From positions 320,001 to 384,000 of the forward strand of contig CAXXXD010000003.1 in the NCBI GenBank assembly GCA_963663385.2: a DNA stretch of 64,000 nt, in the 5' to 3' direction. The translations under genes were made by a program, and so were the position numbers. How positions within the stretch are numbered: the stretch's first letter is position 1; every line of letters begins with the position of its first letter. Positions 60,752-64,000 of the stretch are shown in pieces. Under the pieces are notes generated by a model. The model was not told where the DNA came from and did not search any database. It was given only the letters and a program-made list of their open reading frames with translations. This DNA comes from Oceanispirochaeta sp. (GTDB lineage: Bacteria; Spirochaetota; Spirochaetia; DSM-2461).

Positions 60752-62206
60752 ATGCGAATAGTTACAGCGGGATTTCATCATGAATCCAATACATTCAATC
60801 CTATTATTACCGACAGGTTCGATTTCAATATCTACCGTGGAAAAGAGATCTATAATGCCATAAAAACCTATGAAAGTGTCCGCGGTGTTGTGGAAACCCT
60901 TGAAAGCTATGAGGGGTATGAAGTCATTCCCACCATTTTTGCCAGGGCTGTTCCAAACGGGGTAATCAATCCGGATCTTTATTATGAACTGAAAAACGAG
61001 ATGATTGCACGAATGGTTTCTGTAGAGGGAGCTGATGGGGTAACCCTGGCTCTTCACGGATCCATGCGGGTTAAAGGGCTGGGAGAAGCGGAAGGAGATC
61101 TACTGGAGGCAATTCGTCAAATTTTTCCGGATATTCCTATCGTAGTCGCATTGGATATGCATGCCACTGTCTCTGAAAAAATGCTGAAACATGCTGATGC
61201 TTTCTGCGGGTATAAACAGGCTCCCCATACGGACTGTTTTGAAACAGGCGCCCTTGCTGCGAAGATGACCAGGATAACCCTGGAAAGCGGGAAGCCCCTC
61301 CGGATGGCCTGCCGCCGGATTCCCATGCTGATCGCCGGTGAAAAATCCGAAACCAATACTCAACCCATGAAGCAGCTGATAGAGGAACTGCGCAGGGAAG
61401 AGGCTGTTGACGGTGTTCTGGCTGCTTCCTACCTGCTGGGATTTCCCTGGGCGGACTGCGAGGGGAATTCGGTTACATCTCTGGTGGTAACCCTGGATGA
61501 TCAGGAACTGGCCGATAAAAAGGCTGATGATCTGGCCCTCCGGTTTTGGGAGGAGCGGGAGAATTTCCAGTTTCATACGGAAAGCTATCCCCCTGCTGAA
61601 GCTCTGAATATGGCTCTGGCCGCGCCGGAGCAGCCGGTTTATCTGTCTGATTCGGGAGATAATCCCACGGCAGGCTCTTCCGGGGATTGCACGGAGCTGC
61701 TGGACATCATTCTGGGGAGTCCGGAAGTCCTGAAGCTGGAACAGCCCCTTCTTTACGGGGGAATTTATGATCCAGAGGCAGTTAAAACCTGTCTTGATGC
61801 GGAGGAGGGAACGCTTTTCAAGCTGACTTTCGGTGCATCCTTTGATAAAGTGACAACAAAACCCCTGACAGCTGAGGGACGGGTAGAAGCAAAAGCTCTC
61901 GGGTGGGGAGACTATAAGACGGATATGGTTCTTTTCAGAACAGGGAATACGGATGTTATTCTTGTTTCGAAACATATAGGGTTTATCAGCCCCGATATGT
62001 TCCATGCTTTAGGCGTAAATCCTCTTGAAAGGAAGATCATTGCGGTAAAACTGGGATATCTGACAGCCATGCATAAGAAAGTCGCAGCCCGGGCTATTAT
62101 GGCGCTTTCATCCGGCAGCAGCAATGAAATCCTGGAATCTCTTCCGTATCAAAAGGTTACGCGGCCGCTCTATCCCCTGGACCGGGATACTGAATTCTCA
62201 ATCTGA
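60752..62206 (+). CDS. M81 (MlrC-like) metallopeptidase/amidohydrolase
   Basis: HESNTF, LHGSM, EGDLL, LDMHA, PHTD, DSGDNPTAG, VKLGY. Confidence 0.9.
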   Translation: MRIVTAGFHHESNTFNPIITDRFDFNIYRGKEIYNAIKTYESVRGVVETLESYEGYEVIPTIFARAVPNGVINPDLYYELKNEMIARMVSVEGADGVTLALHGSMRVKGLGEAEGDLLEAIRQIFPDIPIVVALDMHATVSEKMLKHADAFCGYKQAPHTDCFETGALAAKMTRITLESGKPLRMACRRIPMLIAGEKSETNTQPMKQLIEELRREEAVDGVLAASYLLGFPWADCEGNSVTSLVVTLDDQELADKKADDLALRFWEERENFQFHTESYPPAEALNMALAAPEQPVYLSDSGDNPTAGSSGDCTELLDIILGSPEVLKLEQPLLYGGIYDPEAVKTCLDAEEGTLFKLTFGASFDKVTTKPLTAEGRVEAKALGWGDYKTDMVLFRTGNTDVILVSKHIGFISPDMFHALGVNPLERKIIAVKLGYLTAMHKKVAARAIMALSSGSSNEILESLPYQKVTRPLYPLDRDTEFSI

Positions 62207-62227
62207 GCTTAGTTTTCTCAAGCTGAT

Positions 62228-62264
62228 AAAAAAGGAGCTGCCCCATTCCAGATGGAGCAGCTCC
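62228..62264 (-). terminator. Rho-independent terminator of the nucleotidase gene
   Basis: GGAGCTGC...GCAGCTCC stem with A6 at 62228-62233 (U-tract on the minus strand), between convergent genes. Confidence 0.75.
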
Positions 62265-62290
62265 CTGTTATTATCCAATCCTTTCGAATA

Positions 62291-64000
62291 TCAGTATCTG
62301 ATTCTCATATCACTATTGCGGTCGGTTTCGGCAACCGCATAAGCCTTGTCCATGGTCGGATGGAATTCCATCAGGAACTCAGCCAGGGCATCCTGCTCAC
62401 CGCCGGTATAGCTGAAGCTGTTGTTTTTACCGGGGTCCTTGGCCAGCTCTACATCGGGGTAATCCATATCTTCACCGTATGCAGTACCTTCGTACATGTT
62501 ATAGCGGTCGGGATTGCTTAGATCGCCGAAGGGGTAGGCATCTCCACCGTTATACAGGAAGTTAAGGGTTACCATTCGGAATACTCTGGAGGGATCTCCC
62601 TGAATAGCTCCGCCCGCTACAACCGTATCTTTCACGGATCCGTCCGCATTCAGAACATCCAGGGAAGTAATGCGGCTGCCTGCTGGTTTGGATGCATTGA
62701 AAACCATTTTCATACCGGCCAGCTGGGGGAACTTGCCTGGGGTTGCTCCTTCGGCAGTTTCGGAAACACCATGTTCCAGCAAACCTTTCAGTTCGGCAGC
62801 TGTAACATTCAATGTAACCAGCCCGTTGTCAAAACGGAGTGTGGCCCTCAGGTGTCCTTCTGTTACGGCGCCCTCTTCTGTTCCGGCTTCCATATTGGGA
62901 GCGGGAGCAGAGTAGACAGCCTGACTGTAGTCGGTTGATCCGGGAGGAACAACCGCCGATCCGATCTCTGTTCTGAGACCGCCTCCGTTTTTGAGTGATA
63001 CATCAACGGGTACCTGGGAGAGCAGATTGGCATACCAGAGGTTGGCATCGGCAGTCAGATCTCCCAGATTGGTTTCCTGGGTTCTAACCTGGGACCGTCT
63101 TCCGTCCAGGTATACGCTGGTGTAACCCAGTACATTTCCATACTGTGCTGTAATGACATTCTGTACCGCATCCCTTACAGCTATGATGTCGGCATTGGGT
63201 GTACCGCCTGCAGCGGCTACGTTTTCCGCAGTAGCGGCCCAGGCACCGTTAATTTCTTTATTTTTTTTCAGTTCATCTGTAATCAGGTATCCATCCGCAT
63301 CAAAAGACACAACCAGACGGCCCAGGTATTTGTAGTCCCCATCCACGTTGACTACAAGGGTCGGCATGCCGTTGGCATCCATTGTTTCGTAGGGATAGTC
63401 CATTTCAAATCCATCGTCAGTACCGAACAGGCTGTCTGTGCTGTCTCCCATTCTGGTATTGGAACCTCCGGCTACAATAATATCCACATCTGTCAGAAGA
63501 TTGGCCAGGGCCATTTCGATCTGGATCTGCTGCATATGAGCCAAAAGTATAATCTTGTTAACACCGGAGGCCTTCAAAGCATCGATGGAGGGCTGAATGA
63601 CTGCCGCCAGAGCTTCTGTTGATTTATCGGAAACGGGATTAACCGTTATCCCGCCGACACTCGTTATGGTATCAAGGAGCGGAGTGGATGCACCCACCAG
63701 ACCGATTTTCTCACCGTTAACCACGGTTACCGCATAGGATGCCACTTTTCCTTTAAGATCAGCAACATTGGCGCCGTTTTCGCCCATATGTTTGGCCATC
63801 TCACCGTCCGTGCTCCAGTCCAGGTTGGAAGAAAGATAGGGGAACTGGGATCCGGGGAACTCAACTCCGTTCTTTTCCTCAATCTGGATGGCATCGGCAA
63901 ATTCGTCGGGACCGGCATCGAGGTCGTGGTTACCCATGGCAGAAGCCTGTACGCCCAGGTAGTTCATGAACGCAATATCCACATGTCCGGGTTCGTCGCT
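62291..64000 (-). CDS. Bifunctional metallophosphatase/5'-nucleotidase, 5'-truncated by the window edge
   Basis: GNHDLD, FPYLSSN, LLAH, VDIIVAGGS, ETNLGDLTADA, NGGGLR, GGDAYPF; frame open to 64000. Confidence 0.9.
   Translation of the reverse strand, partial: SDEPGHVDIAFMNYLGVQASAMGNHDLDAGPDEFADAIQIEEKNGVEFPGSQFPYLSSNLDWSTDGEMAKHMGENGANVADLKGKVASYAVTVVNGEKIGLVGASTPLLDTITSVGGITVNPVSDKSTEALAAVIQPSIDALKASGVNKIILLAHMQQIQIEMALANLLTDVDIIVAGGSNTRMGDSTDSLFGTDDGFEMDYPYETMDANGMPTLVVNVDGDYKYLGRLVVSFDADGYLITDELKKNKEINGAWAATAENVAAAGGTPNADIIAVRDAVQNVITAQYGNVLGYTSVYLDGRRSQVRTQETNLGDLTADANLWYANLLSQVPVDVSLKNGGGLRTEIGSAVVPPGSTDYSQAVYSAPAPNMEAGTEEGAVTEGHLRATLRFDNGLVTLNVTAAELKGLLEHGVSETAEGATPGKFPQLAGMKMVFNASKPAGSRITSLDVLNADGSVKDTVVAGGAIQGDPSRVFRMVTLNFLYNGGDAYPFGDLSNPDRYNMYEGTAYGEDMDYPDVELAKDPGKNNSFSYTGGEQDALAEFLMEFHPTMDKAYAVAETDRNSDMRIRY

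Noticed and set aside
1..64000. tRNA, rRNA, CRISPR arrays, prophage or defence genes
   Set aside because: None recognised in the ORFs or intergenic regions.

Overview
64-kb bacterial chromosomal window, most likely from an anaerobic free-living spirochaete (Spirochaetaceae-like; inferred from the gene repertoire and the 'A-x-G-Q/S-x-E' N-termini of its solute-binding proteins). It is mostly carbohydrate uptake and catabolism: a low-GC RbsABC-type sugar ABC island with a GntR/AraR-type regulator; a split L-arabinose regulon; an L-xylulose module (ulaE-lyxK-araD); a polyol ABC/dehydrogenase/PfkB/RpiB/DhaKL operon with a YesMN-type two-component system; and an ABC-CutC-ROK-M81 operon. Other genes include a GltD-fused [FeFe]-hydrogenase, a Na+-pumping pyrophosphatase, the IscU-like/GGGtGRT pair, a hybrid kinase and a frameshifted MCP. 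The most striking feature is a complete IS110-family element (~2479-3864) inserted exactly in the Shine-Dalgarno (AGGAG) of hppA. It has 10-bp subterminal inverted repeats, and circularisation would create a TTGACT-N17-TAAAAA promoter. Its ~200-nt upstream non-coding end holds a 5' hairpin plus two homologous hairpin units carrying AGGAG with donor-like and target-like flanks, i.e. a candidate bridge/seek guide RNA aimed at ribosome-binding sites. All calls come from reading the sequence; no database searches were run.
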